A DNA stretch of 64,000 bases from Candidatus Zhuqueibacterota bacterium (GCA_029262055.1 JAJDAD010000034.1:102430-166429); one strand, 5' to 3'; shown: positions 10,309-20,322, counted from the first letter of the stretch. Notes: a model not told the origin generated them from the letters alone. A program made the numbers and translations.

Positions 10309-11634
10309 ATGCCGATAGTGAAAACCACAATGCTCGCCCTGAAGCCAGTCCGCTTCTTCTTGTTCATCCTGTTGCTTCTGGGCTGCAACCGCGAGGCGGC
10401 ACAGCAGAAAGTGGGCCTGCAGTGGGTGAACCTTGCCCACTTGAATCACTTATATGAGGAGGTTGTGATCGATGGCAAGCCAATGGCCATCATTCACATC
10501 TATTCCGAGTATCCCGACTACGAGTGGGTGGATGCCAGTGATGAGGGCATCGCTTGCGTAGATGATGTGGCGCGGGCTGCTGTGGTCTATTTGCGCCATT
10601 TTGAAATAACAGAAGATTCTGCCAGCCTTGAGCGGGCCCGCAAGCTACTTGAGTTTTGCCGCTACATGCAGGCCGAGGATGGACAATTTTACAATTTTAT
10701 CTACCAGGACCGTTCGAGAAACACGGACGGCAAGACCAGCTTCAAGAGCTTTGGCTGGTGGGCCGCACGTGGTCTGTGGGCTCTGGGCGAGGGCTATCGC
10801 GTTTTCCTCAAAAGAGATCCGCAATATGCACGCCAGCTTGAAACGCAGATTAAAAAAACCTTCCCCCAAATCGATTCTTTACTTCGGCACTATCCTGTGG
10901 TTGAGACCACAGATGGCTTCTCAGCACCGCAATGGTTGCTTTACAATTCTGCGGCAGATGCCACTTCTGAGCTGATGCTGGGTCTAGCAGCCTATGCAAA
11001 GGCATCAGGCAATCCGATAGTCCTGAGTTATCTTGAGAAATTTGGGGAGGGCTTATTGGCGATGCAACTTGAAGCTGGGTCCTATTTCCCCAGCGGTTTG
11101 CATTTGTCATGGCAAAATACCTGGCACGCCTGGGCAAATGGCCAGACTCAGGCCCTGGGCAGGTTAGCAAGTTTGGTTGAAAACCCACAGTTCATTGAAG
11201 CCGCAAGGTTGGAATGCACGGACTTCTACCCCAAGTGGATTGAACATGGTTTTCCACGCGAGATGACCTTTGTACACAACGGAACCCCCAAGATTGACAA
11301 GATCATGCCATTCGACCAAATCGCCTACGGATTGCGCCCGGCTGTTGTTGGTGCTCTGGTTCTTGCCGACTTGACTGGAGAAGAGCAATTTTCTGAGCTG
11401 GCCGCAAAACTTGCAACCTGGTTTTTCAAGAGTAATCCGGCAATAGCACAAATGTACGACCCGAAAACCGGACGTTGCTACGACGGCATTTTGTCGGCAA
11501 CTCAGGTTAACCGAAACTCCGGTGCGGAGTCAACGATTGAAGCGCTCTACGCTCTCCTGGAAGTCGAGGCTGATCCGGTGGCTAAAGAATGGCTGATGGA
11601 CTATCTCGAAACCCAAAATAGCGGAGGGGGCTGA
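10309..11634 (+). CDS. secreted/lipoprotein with an unidentified conserved domain, possibly glycoside-hydrolase-like; shares a C-terminal motif block with the C-terminal half of the GT4 fusion at 12754-15093
   Basis: Signal peptide + LLGC lipobox. Shared block 'YDPKTGRCYDGIL...NRNSGAESTIEALYALL' vs 'YDPKTGGCRDGLT...NQNEGAESSLAWLLSLM' in the later ORF. Embedded in the GH130/GT4/ABC carbohydrate locus. Fold and function are unknown; a glycoside-hydrolase-like role is only a guess. Confidence 0.5.
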   Translation: MPIVKTTMLALKPVRFFLFILLLLGCNREAAQQKVGLQWVNLAHLNHLYEEVVIDGKPMAIIHIYSEYPDYEWVDASDEGIACVDDVARAAVVYLRHFEITEDSASLERARKLLEFCRYMQAEDGQFYNFIYQDRSRNTDGKTSFKSFGWWAARGLWALGEGYRVFLKRDPQYARQLETQIKKTFPQIDSLLRHYPVVETTDGFSAPQWLLYNSAADATSELMLGLAAYAKASGNPIVLSYLEKFGEGLLAMQLEAGSYFPSGLHLSWQNTWHAWANGQTQALGRLASLVENPQFIEAARLECTDFYPKWIEHGFPREMTFVHNGTPKIDKIMPFDQIAYGLRPAVVGALVLADLTGEEQFSELAAKLATWFFKSNPAIAQMYDPKTGRCYDGILSATQVNRNSGAESTIEALYALLEVEADPVAKEWLMDYLETQNSGGG

Positions 11635-12579
11635 ATGTCAAGTCGAGAGGATCCACGGGAGTTGTTCCAACGTTTTGAAGGTAATCCAATCTTGACTGCC
11701 AAGGATTGGCCCTATCCGGCGAATACTGTTTTCAACGCCGGGGCAACGCGTTTCAACAACCAAACTCTCTTGCTTATCAGAGTTGAGGACTTGCGTGGAA
11801 GTTCTCATTTGACTGTTGCCACGAGTAGAGATGGCGTAACCGGTTGGGAGATAAAAGGGCACCCGGCACTTCATCCTGACGATGGCCTGTCATCAGAAAG
11901 CTGGGGCATAGAAGATCCACGCATAGCTTATCTTGAAACGGATGAGAAGTACGTTATTTGTTACACCGGCTACTCGCGTGGAGGACCGGCGGTCTGTTTG
12001 GCCACGACTGACAGTTTTAGGGATTTCAAGCGGTATGGCACGATCTTGCCACCTTTCAATAAGGATGCTTCAGTATTCCCAAAGAAGATAGGCGGTCAGT
12101 ATGTGCTCATTCATAGACCGGCCTTTTCCGAAGAATCTGCGTACATCTGGCTGGCCAAATCACCGGACCTACAACACTGGGGGCAACACGGGTTGGTGAT
12201 GGAGACACGGCCGGGATTTTGGGACTCACAAAAAATTGGGATGGGCCCGCCGCCGATTGAAACATCGGAGGGCTGGTTGATTCTATATCACGGAGTTCGA
12301 TTAACGGCAGCTGGTTCAATTTATCGATTGGGCCTTGCGCTTTTGGACCTCGAAGATCCGGCGAAGGTAATCCGAAGGAGTCAACAATGGGTTTTCGGCC
12401 CGTCCACCGACTTTGAGCGAGCAGGGGATGTTGACAACGCCAATTTCCCTTGCGGACTCGTTGTCGATGAGCAAACGGATGAGTTGTATTTGTACTATGG
12501 CGCCGCCGACACCTGCCTGGCGCTCGCCACTGCGAAGGTCAGCGAGCTGCTTGAATTCGTGAGAAAGGACGGTTGTTAA
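11635..12579 (+). CDS. GH130-family glycoside phosphorylase / 'glycosidase-related' protein (DUF377, 5-bladed beta-propeller)
   Basis: Motifs typical of GH130 beta-mannoside phosphorylases (GIEDPRI, WLILYHGV); 314 aa; the start codon overlaps the stop of the upstream gene. Confidence 0.75.
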   Translation: MSSREDPRELFQRFEGNPILTAKDWPYPANTVFNAGATRFNNQTLLLIRVEDLRGSSHLTVATSRDGVTGWEIKGHPALHPDDGLSSESWGIEDPRIAYLETDEKYVICYTGYSRGGPAVCLATTDSFRDFKRYGTILPPFNKDASVFPKKIGGQYVLIHRPAFSEESAYIWLAKSPDLQHWGQHGLVMETRPGFWDSQKIGMGPPPIETSEGWLILYHGVRLTAAGSIYRLGLALLDLEDPAKVIRRSQQWVFGPSTDFERAGDVDNANFPCGLVVDEQTDELYLYYGAADTCLALATAKVSELLEFVRKDGC

Positions 12580-12753
12580 ATGAAATGAGACAGATTTTGA
12601 ATACGAACTTGAGGTGCAAGTAACTCGAAACGGTTTTTCATCAAACGGGATGTCACGCGCGTTTTGCTCTGCTATCCGGATTTATACCATTGTTAAGATT
12701 AGAAAACCGGTCCAAATCAAGCGAAATGCCGGGCTGTCTGGGACTAGCCTCCG

Positions 12754-15093
12754 GTGTCTTATGATAACAACTCAAGTAGGAGTGCTATGTCGTCTACCGA
12801 CATGAACTATGAGGAAATTGGCTCGGTTGCTGTAATCGGCAACTATTTGCCACGCCAATGCGGTATTGCAACCTTCACGACGGATCTTGTTGAAGCGTTG
12901 TCAAAGCAAGCTTCCGACGTGAATCTTGAAGCCATTGTCATGAATGACAACCCGGAAGGATACAAGTATCCTGAAAAAGTGCGATTTGAGATTCAACAGA
13001 ACAAGCTTTCCGATTACAACATTGCGGCGGAATATCTCAATATCAATCAGATGGATATTGTCTGCGTTCAACATGAATATGGCATTTTTGGAGGAACTGC
13101 CGGCAGCCATCTTTTGAAACTCCTGGGAGAACTTCGCATGCCTGTGGTGACAACGCTGCACACCGTACTTAAAGATCCCAAGCCTGAATATCGCGAAGTT
13201 ATGCTTAAGCTGACCGATCTATCTGAAAAACTGATTGTGATGAGTAGGAAAGCCGTGAATTTTCTGACCGATATCTATGACATACCGGAAGAGAAAATTG
13301 CCTTTATCCATCACGGCATTCCAGACGTTCCTTTTGTGGATCCCAACTTTTACAAAGAGAAGTTCAGGGTTGAGGGAAAGAAAGTGCTTCTCACCTTCGG
13401 ACTGCTTGCTCCCAATAAGGGCATTGAACATGTGCTGCAAGCGCTTCCAACTATCATAAAAAAACATCCCGACATTGCTTACATCATTTTGGGAGCCACG
13501 CATCCCAATATTCTAAAAGCGCATGGGGACGAATATCGTATCAGGCTGCAGCAGCTTGTTCATAAACTCAATCTCAGTGATCATGTTCATTTTCAAAACC
13601 GGTTTGTCGGACTGAATGAATTATGTGAGTTTCTTGGTGCTGCAGATGTCTATATTACTCCCTATCTGGAAGAAGCTCAGATTACTTCCGGGACGTTGAT
13701 CTATGCGATGGGATCTGGCAAACCGGTTGTCTCAACGCCGTACTGGTATGCAACAGAGATGCTTGCCGACGAAAGAGGAATAATCGTTCCGTTCCAGGAT
13801 TCTGATGCGATCGCGGAGGAAATCACCAACCTTGTCGACCAGGATATGGATCGTAATCAGATCCGAAAGAATGCCTACAGTTTCACTCGCGAGGCGGTTT
13901 GGAGTGAAGTTTCGAAAAGATATCTTGATGTTTTTTGCGAGGTCAAACTCAAACGTTCGTTACACCCCCGCCCTCGTCACTTATACTCCGATAATATCAA
14001 ATCAATCACCAATTTTGAACTACCGGAAATCAAGTTTGACCACCTGAAAATCATGACCGATGATACCGGTATTCTTCAACATGCCACCTACACCATCCCA
14101 AACAGAAATCATGGCTACTGCACCGATGACAATGCCAGAGCACTAGTGGTTACCGCTATGGCCTGCAAATACTCCTCGCCTAACAGCGTGTGGCTGGATT
14201 CTCTCAGCAACCTATATCTCAGTTTTATACTTGACGCCTATAACGAAGACAATGGCAGGTTTCGCAATTTCATGACCTACTCCCGACAATGGATGGAAGA
14301 AATGGGTTCGGAGGATTCTCACGGCAGAGCCCTATGGGGTCTTGGGAAAATCATTGTCTTCACCCACTATACCGGACAGAAGGATGTGGCGACCCTGCTA
14401 TTCAAACGGGCGTTGAATGCGGTCGAAGAATTCGCTTCTCCCCGGGCTATGGCTTTTGCGTTAGTTGGTATTCATGCTTATCTGGAAAAATTCTCGGGGG
14501 ACAGTGAGGTGCGCCGGATGCGAAAAATTCTTGCGGAAAAACTTTTTAAATTGTTTAAAAATAACACGACTCAGAAATGGCCCTGGCTTGAAAAAAAAGT
14601 CAGCTATGCCAATGGTAAATTAGTCCATGCGTTACTCCTCTCCGGCCAATGGATGCAGCGCAATGATATGATTGAGATGGGACTCAATTCGCTCAGATGG
14701 CTGCTCGACATTCAAACCGAAAAGGGACACTTTTCCCCCATTGGGAGTCATGGCTGGTATGAACAAGATCGCCCCAAAGCTCGTTTTGATCAACAGCCTC
14801 TCGAAGCCAATGCGATGATCGAAGCCTGTGTGGAAGCTTTTAACTTAACGAGGAATAGAGTTTGGCTCGATTCCGCTGTCGTGTGCTTTAACTGGTTTTT
14901 GGGACATAACGACTTGAATCTATCGCTCTATGATCCTAAAACAGGCGGCTGCCGCGACGGTTTGACGGCGGATGGAATCAACCAGAATGAAGGAGCAGAA
15001 TCATCGCTGGCCTGGCTACTTTCGCTGATGGCGTTACAAACCCTTTATTCCGATGAAATTCTAAAACAGCCAACGTCCGAATCAGTAGCTTAG
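12754..15093 (+). CDS. GT4-family glycosyltransferase fused to the unknown C-terminal domain also found in 10309-11634
   Basis: N-terminal GT-B/GT4 features. The C-terminal ~350 aa carry the same DPKTGxCxDG...NxGAES block as the standalone protein at 10309. The track start at 12754 is a GTG; an ATG at 12787 preceded by AGGAG (4-nt spacer) is a plausible alternative start. Confidence 0.7.
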   Translation: MSYDNNSSRSAMSSTDMNYEEIGSVAVIGNYLPRQCGIATFTTDLVEALSKQASDVNLEAIVMNDNPEGYKYPEKVRFEIQQNKLSDYNIAAEYLNINQMDIVCVQHEYGIFGGTAGSHLLKLLGELRMPVVTTLHTVLKDPKPEYREVMLKLTDLSEKLIVMSRKAVNFLTDIYDIPEEKIAFIHHGIPDVPFVDPNFYKEKFRVEGKKVLLTFGLLAPNKGIEHVLQALPTIIKKHPDIAYIILGATHPNILKAHGDEYRIRLQQLVHKLNLSDHVHFQNRFVGLNELCEFLGAADVYITPYLEEAQITSGTLIYAMGSGKPVVSTPYWYATEMLADERGIIVPFQDSDAIAEEITNLVDQDMDRNQIRKNAYSFTREAVWSEVSKRYLDVFCEVKLKRSLHPRPRHLYSDNIKSITNFELPEIKFDHLKIMTDDTGILQHATYTIPNRNHGYCTDDNARALVVTAMACKYSSPNSVWLDSLSNLYLSFILDAYNEDNGRFRNFMTYSRQWMEEMGSEDSHGRALWGLGKIIVFTHYTGQKDVATLLFKRALNAVEEFASPRAMAFALVGIHAYLEKFSGDSEVRRMRKILAEKLFKLFKNNTTQKWPWLEKKVSYANGKLVHALLLSGQWMQRNDMIEMGLNSLRWLLDIQTEKGHFSPIGSHGWYEQDRPKARFDQQPLEANAMIEACVEAFNLTRNRVWLDSAVVCFNWFLGHNDLNLSLYDPKTGGCRDGLTADGINQNEGAESSLAWLLSLMALQTLYSDEILKQPTSESVA

Positions 15094-15102
15094 GCCTGCG
15101 GA

Positions 15103-16137
15103 GTGCTTATGCGCATAGCAATGCTGTCACCGGTCGCCTGGCGAACTCCGCCTCGACATTACGGCCCCTGGGAAAGCGTGGTCTCTCTTCTGACTGATAA
15201 TCTTGTGGCGGAAGGTATTGAGGTGACTCTTTTTGCAACCGGCGATTCTGAAACAACGGGTAAGTTACATGCGATTTGCCCGCGGGGATATGAGGAAGAT
15301 GCCTCTATCATTCCCAAAGTCTGGGAATGTTTGCATATTTCCGAAGTCTTTGAACGCGCTGCCGAATTCGACCTCATACATAATCATTTTGACTTTTTGC
15401 CATTGTCCTATGCCAGTCTGGTCGACACACCAGTCGTCGCCACCATTCATGGTTTTTCATCGCCGGGAATTCTACCGGTTTACAAAAAATACAATGGCAC
15501 TGTGTCCTATGTTGCCATCAGCGCTGCCGACCGTTCTCCGGAACTTGATTACGTTAAAACGATTCATCACGGCATCGATATTCGGCAATTCGATTTTCAA
15601 CCAGAGCCAGACGATCATTTACTCTTTTTTGGTCGTATTCATCCGGATAAGGGAACAAGGGAAGCGATTGAAATTGCGAAGGCATGTCGTAAAAAGTTGA
15701 TATTGGCGGGAATCATTCAGGATGAAGGCTACTATCGCCAGCACGTCGAACCGTTCCTGAACAAGAGCGACGTCGTTTATGTTGGCAGCGTTGGCCCCAC
15801 CGAACGGAATCGATTGCTCGGTAATGCCTGTGCGTTGCTCCACCCCATCCGTTTCCATGAGCCTTTTGGACTGTCCATCATAGAAGCCATGGCTTGTGGC
15901 ACTCCAGTGATCGCGTTTAACAAAGGGAGTATGTCTGAACTCATAGAAGACGGCGAAAATGGCCTTCTTGTCAATACAGTAGACGAAGCCATAGACCGGA
16001 TCGCGCAAATTCGGGATATTGACCGGGCCTCTTGCCGTCGTCATGTCGAACGGAATTTCACTGTTGAACGCATGGCCAAAGAGTATATCCAGGTCTATGA
16101 GACTATTCTTGCAAAGAAGAGACAGCAGGAGAGTTGA
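15103..16137 (+). CDS. GT4-family glycosyltransferase (retaining, GT-B fold)
   Basis: 344 aa; family hallmark C-terminal region (EPFGLSIIEAMACGTPVIA) of group-1/GT4 transferases. Confidence 0.8.
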   Translation: MLMRIAMLSPVAWRTPPRHYGPWESVVSLLTDNLVAEGIEVTLFATGDSETTGKLHAICPRGYEEDASIIPKVWECLHISEVFERAAEFDLIHNHFDFLPLSYASLVDTPVVATIHGFSSPGILPVYKKYNGTVSYVAISAADRSPELDYVKTIHHGIDIRQFDFQPEPDDHLLFFGRIHPDKGTREAIEIAKACRKKLILAGIIQDEGYYRQHVEPFLNKSDVVYVGSVGPTERNRLLGNACALLHPIRFHEPFGLSIIEAMACGTPVIAFNKGSMSELIEDGENGLLVNTVDEAIDRIAQIRDIDRASCRRHVERNFTVERMAKEYIQVYETILAKKRQQES

Positions 16138-16430
16138 GAATGTCGACTCAAAAGCAAGTTGTCACGCGTTATCAAAAGAATCTCATTCTCGCCAGGGATG
16201 ATGTCCCCTATCCTGTCGCTACAGTTCGTAAGGCCGGCACCTGTTCCTGTGACTGGGTTGGGGTGGCCTGGATACCGTGATGTGCGTCGGGACCGTGGTG
16301 ACTGACGATCTGGGGCAGTTTTGTTAGACCGATTCATGCCCGCCGCTGCAGCTAATTTCAAACCGGTCGGACTCTTAACATAAAGCGTCAAGTATGAAAC
16401 ATTGACAATAATTGACAATAATAAAATAAT

Positions 16431-17894
16431 ATGGATATGGATTTGAAATTGAAAATTAAAAGAAAAAAGACAAAAATACTCAGGGACACATCACGTGTTA
16501 TAACGCGTTTACACGTTCCCCATGATAAAACGCGCATTCCCAAAATCGTTAATCGGGTCTTACATCTCACAGAAAGCGATGCAGGAGATTTGATAGAAAA
16601 GATTCTACATGAATTTTCCGATCGGCACAAGAATATCAGGCAGGTGTTGGAACGTCACTGTAACGATGTCGCGGAATATATCCCAGAGAGTGAACAGATA
16701 AGCGAAACTAAAAAACTGCTCATCGGCGCCCATTTTACCATGGAATATGCCATTGAATCCGCGGCACTTTTCAATCCCTCTATTGTACCGGATCCGGATC
16801 AAACAAATGTCCCCGAGGGCGGCATTCGTTTCATCATGAGCCTACGTGCGACCGGTGAAGGCCATATCTCTTCCATTGTCTTTCGCAGCGGGATTATTGA
16901 CAAGCAAAATTCGATTACTTTTAACTCTGCCAGCGAATTTGTCGAAACGCCCGGTCTCCGCGTCGACTCCGCTTATAATCGTCACCTGTTCCTGCTCAAG
17001 CTGATGGAAATGAATGCCTGTAATGACACCACGACTCAGGTGCTTGAACAATTGCCGGAGGAGTTTAGCTATAGCGAGCTCAAGGCAAGAATTGGCCGCC
17101 TTTTATCAGATCCCAATGTTTCAGTCAACAGTGAAGCAATCGAAATCATGCACTGGCTGGCCGATAGCAATTATGAAATAAATTTTCCCGTCGATCACAG
17201 AATATCCGAACGGGTGATTTTTCCAGTCTCAGAAAATGAAACCAGCGGTATCGAAGATGCGCGGTTTGTACAATTTTTCGATGAGAATGGCGAAGTCACT
17301 TATTATGCGACCTACACTGCGTACAACGGCATCACGATTCTACCGCAATTGATCGAAACAAAAGATTTTATTACATTTAACATAATTACCCTGAACGGCA
17401 AGGCGGTTCAGAACAAAGGGATGGCTCTTTTCCCGCGCAAGATCAAGGGTCGGTATGCCATGCTCTCGCGCCAGGACGGCGAAAACAACCACATCATGTT
17501 TTCCGACCATCTCCATTTCTGGCAGAAATCGGAAATCATCCAGGAGCCTATGAAACCCTGGGAATTCATTCAGATCGGAAACTGTGGCTCGCCACTCGAA
17601 ACCAGCGAAGGCTGGCTGGTGCTCACCCATGGCGTTGGTCCTATGCGGCAGTATTCAATCGGGGCGATGCTTCTTGACCTTGATGAACCGGCTCAGATTA
17701 TTGGCCACCTTAAATATCCCCTGCTCACTCCCAATGAAGGAGAACGGGAGGGGTATGTACCTAATGTTGTTTATTCATGCGGTGCGCTTATTCATAATAA
17801 CGAATTGATTATTCCTTACGCCATGTCTGATATCACAAGCGGTATTGCGACCGTCAGTGTGAGCGATTTGATTGACAACATGCGTCCGTTGTGA
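16431..17894 (+). CDS. GH130-like glycoside phosphorylase homologue with a ~230-aa N-terminal extension of unknown function
   Basis: C-terminal ~260 aa resemble the DUF377/GH130 fold (GIEDARF, SEGWLVLTHGVG). The N-terminal half has no recognisable motif. The gene start is AT-rich and sits after a 294-bp spacer carrying a tandem TTGACAATAA repeat. Confidence 0.65.
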   Translation: MDMDLKLKIKRKKTKILRDTSRVITRLHVPHDKTRIPKIVNRVLHLTESDAGDLIEKILHEFSDRHKNIRQVLERHCNDVAEYIPESEQISETKKLLIGAHFTMEYAIESAALFNPSIVPDPDQTNVPEGGIRFIMSLRATGEGHISSIVFRSGIIDKQNSITFNSASEFVETPGLRVDSAYNRHLFLLKLMEMNACNDTTTQVLEQLPEEFSYSELKARIGRLLSDPNVSVNSEAIEIMHWLADSNYEINFPVDHRISERVIFPVSENETSGIEDARFVQFFDENGEVTYYATYTAYNGITILPQLIETKDFITFNIITLNGKAVQNKGMALFPRKIKGRYAMLSRQDGENNHIMFSDHLHFWQKSEIIQEPMKPWEFIQIGNCGSPLETSEGWLVLTHGVGPMRQYSIGAMLLDLDEPAQIIGHLKYPLLTPNEGEREGYVPNVVYSCGALIHNNELIIPYAMSDITSGIATVSVSDLIDNMRPL

Positions 17895-18274
17895 AGCTCA
17901 TAAGTTGCAATGGAAATGATTGAAAAGTATCAGAAACATCTTAAGTCTGGCCAAAAGGAATGCGCCCCGATCTGGGAGATGCGTTTTCGTTAGTCATCGA
18001 GCAAATTTTGACAGGATACTACCCTATTCAAGTTGACCGTTCCTCCGGGCACGCGATCTAGACGTTTCCTTGGCCTCAGGAAAGCAATAAAATATCGATA
18101 GGATCGTCGGTCGAGTAGAATTTGACTTACAAAAAAGTCAAGACCTGGGTTAATCCTGGTTTCGCAACCGTCGATTTGGACGAATTACTGAATGAAATGG
18201 GCTGGCGGTATTTCGACCGTCGTTGTTACCATTCAAATCCGACATGTTTGTAACAAGAAGAATCGAGGAATTCA

Positions 18275-19384
18275 ATGGCAAAAGTAACCCTAAAAAACGT
18301 GCACAAGTACTATGATGACAATGTTGCGGCAGTCGATAACTTCAACGCTGAAATAGCCGATCGGGAATTCCTCGTGTTGGTAGGACCCTCCGGCTGTGGC
18401 AAATCAACTACGTTGCGCATGATTGCCGGATTGGAGGAGATCAGCTCCGGCGAGCTGTACATCGGTGAAAAGCTGGTCAATGATATTCGTCCGAAAGACC
18501 GGGACATCGCCATGGTGTTTCAAAACTACGCCCTCTATCCACACATGACGGTCTTTGAAAACATGGCGTTCGGGCTGAAGCTCAGGAAGTTCTCTAAAGA
18601 CGAGATAAATACGCGCGTGCAAGACGCCGCTGCCCTCCTGGACATAAGCGCTCTGCTCAACCGAAAACCGAAAGCTCTTTCAGGTGGCCAGCGCCAGAGA
18701 GTTGCTGTGGGGCGGGCAATCGTGCGCAATCCGCAGGTCTTCCTGTTCGATGAGCCCCTGTCGAATCTAGACGCCAAGCTGCGTGTGCAAACGCGTGCCG
18801 AAATCTCGAAGTTGCATTCCCGTCTGCAGACAACCATGATATATGTCACCCACGACCAGGTCGAGGCGATGACTATGGGCGACCGTATCGTTGTCATGAA
18901 AGATGGTCTGATTCAACAGGTCGACACTCCGATGAACTTGTATGATTATCCTGACAACCAGTTTGTGGCTGGTTTTATAGGAAACCCGGCCATGAACCTG
19001 ATAGCCGGCAAAATTGTGCGCGACAATGGACTGTTCTTTCAAGCGGGCACGCTGCGCATTCAACTTACGCAGAACCAGGAGAAGCTGTTGAGCAAATACC
19101 TGGATAAGGAAATGACATTCGGCATTCGTCCCGAGGACATTTACGAGGCAGGGACAAATCATGGCGTCGAAGCCCGGGCGGAAGCTCCTTTGACAGTGGA
19201 GGTAGTCGAACCCATGGGAAATGAGACCTTCCTGTACACTACCACTGGAGCGGATTCACTTACCGTGCGGCTCCGAACGGGTAGTTCCATCAAAGTTAAT
19301 GACCAGGTCGCTGTCGTTTTTGATTTGTCAAAAATTCATTTTTTTGAAACAGATACAGGCAATGCCGTGCGTGCGGCCGCTTGA
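18275..19384 (+). CDS. ABC transporter ATP-binding protein, sugar type (MalK/UgpC/MsmX-like)
   Basis: Walker A GPSGCGKST, signature LSGGQRQRVAVGRA, Walker B VFLFDEPLSNLD, and a C-terminal MalK-like regulatory domain. Confidence 0.9.
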   Translation: MAKVTLKNVHKYYDDNVAAVDNFNAEIADREFLVLVGPSGCGKSTTLRMIAGLEEISSGELYIGEKLVNDIRPKDRDIAMVFQNYALYPHMTVFENMAFGLKLRKFSKDEINTRVQDAAALLDISALLNRKPKALSGGQRQRVAVGRAIVRNPQVFLFDEPLSNLDAKLRVQTRAEISKLHSRLQTTMIYVTHDQVEAMTMGDRIVVMKDGLIQQVDTPMNLYDYPDNQFVAGFIGNPAMNLIAGKIVRDNGLFFQAGTLRIQLTQNQEKLLSKYLDKEMTFGIRPEDIYEAGTNHGVEARAEAPLTVEVVEPMGNETFLYTTTGADSLTVRLRTGSSIKVNDQVAVVFDLSKIHFFETDTGNAVRAAA

Positions 19385-19448
19385 GGTAAAGTGAGACTCT
19401 CGGGTACTATCGGCAGGACCAAAATAATCACACAAATCGAGTTCGGAC

Positions 19449-20270
19449 ATGACGCAAATCAAGGGTAAAACCGTTTTTATCACGGGAGCGAGCAGGGGCA
19501 TCGGCAAGGAAATCGGCGTACGACTGGCACGTGCCGGCGCAAATATTGTCGTCGCGGCTAAGACGGCTGAACCGCATCCGCGCCTGCCCGGCACGATTCA
19601 TTCGGCAGCGCAGGAAATCGAGCAAGCGGGTGGAGAGGCGCTTCCGCTTGCGGTGGACATCCGTTTTGAGGACCAGGTTGTAGCTGCAGTGGAGCAGACC
19701 ATCGCGAAGTTCGGTGGGTTGGACATCTTGGTAAACAATGCCAGCGCGATTTCTCCCACCGGCACACTCAAGACCGGAATGAAGCGTTACGACCTGATGC
19801 ATCACGTTAATACCCGCGGAACCTACCTGGTGTCGCGTACCTGCCTGCCGCATTTGCTTGAGGCTGCGAATCCGCATGTGCTGAACCTCTCGCCGCCATT
19901 GAGCATGCAGGAGCGCTGGTTTGCACCGCACGTTGCTTATACCATGGCCAAATACGGTATGAGCATGTGCGTGCTTGGCATGTCCGCTGAGTTCCGCGAG
20001 CAGGGTGTGGCATTTAACGCGTTGTGGCCGCGGACTGCCATCCAAACAGCGGCAATCATGAACCTGTTGGGTGGGCAGGAAGCGTACCGGCGTTGCCGGA
20101 AGCCGGCAATCGTGGCGGACGCAGCATTTGCAATTCTGAGCAGGAACAGCCGCGAATGCACGGGCAACTTCTTTGTCGATGAAGAAGTACTGCGAGCGGA
20201 AGGGGTCACGGACTTCAGCAGCTATGCCGATGTACCGGATTCGGAATTGCTGCAGGACTTCTTTGTTTAA
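19449..20270 (+). CDS. SDR-family NAD(P)-dependent oxidoreductase
   Basis: TGASRGIGKEIG Rossmann motif near the N-terminus, NNAS, YxxxK (YTMAKYG) catalytic motif. Confidence 0.85.
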   Translation: MTQIKGKTVFITGASRGIGKEIGVRLARAGANIVVAAKTAEPHPRLPGTIHSAAQEIEQAGGEALPLAVDIRFEDQVVAAVEQTIAKFGGLDILVNNASAISPTGTLKTGMKRYDLMHHVNTRGTYLVSRTCLPHLLEAANPHVLNLSPPLSMQERWFAPHVAYTMAKYGMSMCVLGMSAEFREQGVAFNALWPRTAIQTAAIMNLLGGQEAYRRCRKPAIVADAAFAILSRNSRECTGNFFVDEEVLRAEGVTDFSSYADVPDSELLQDFFV

Positions 20271-20322
20271 CCTTCCTTGAGAGAGAATAACGGTTTGCCA
20301 AAGTCCGCAGCAGGCTATTATT

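Noticed and set aside
18121-18150. Short palindrome ttgactt-acaaaa-aagtcaa in the spacer before the ABC ATPase gene, as an operator
   Set aside because: Only 7-bp AT-rich arms in a 380-bp AT-rich spacer; within chance expectation. Noted but not called.
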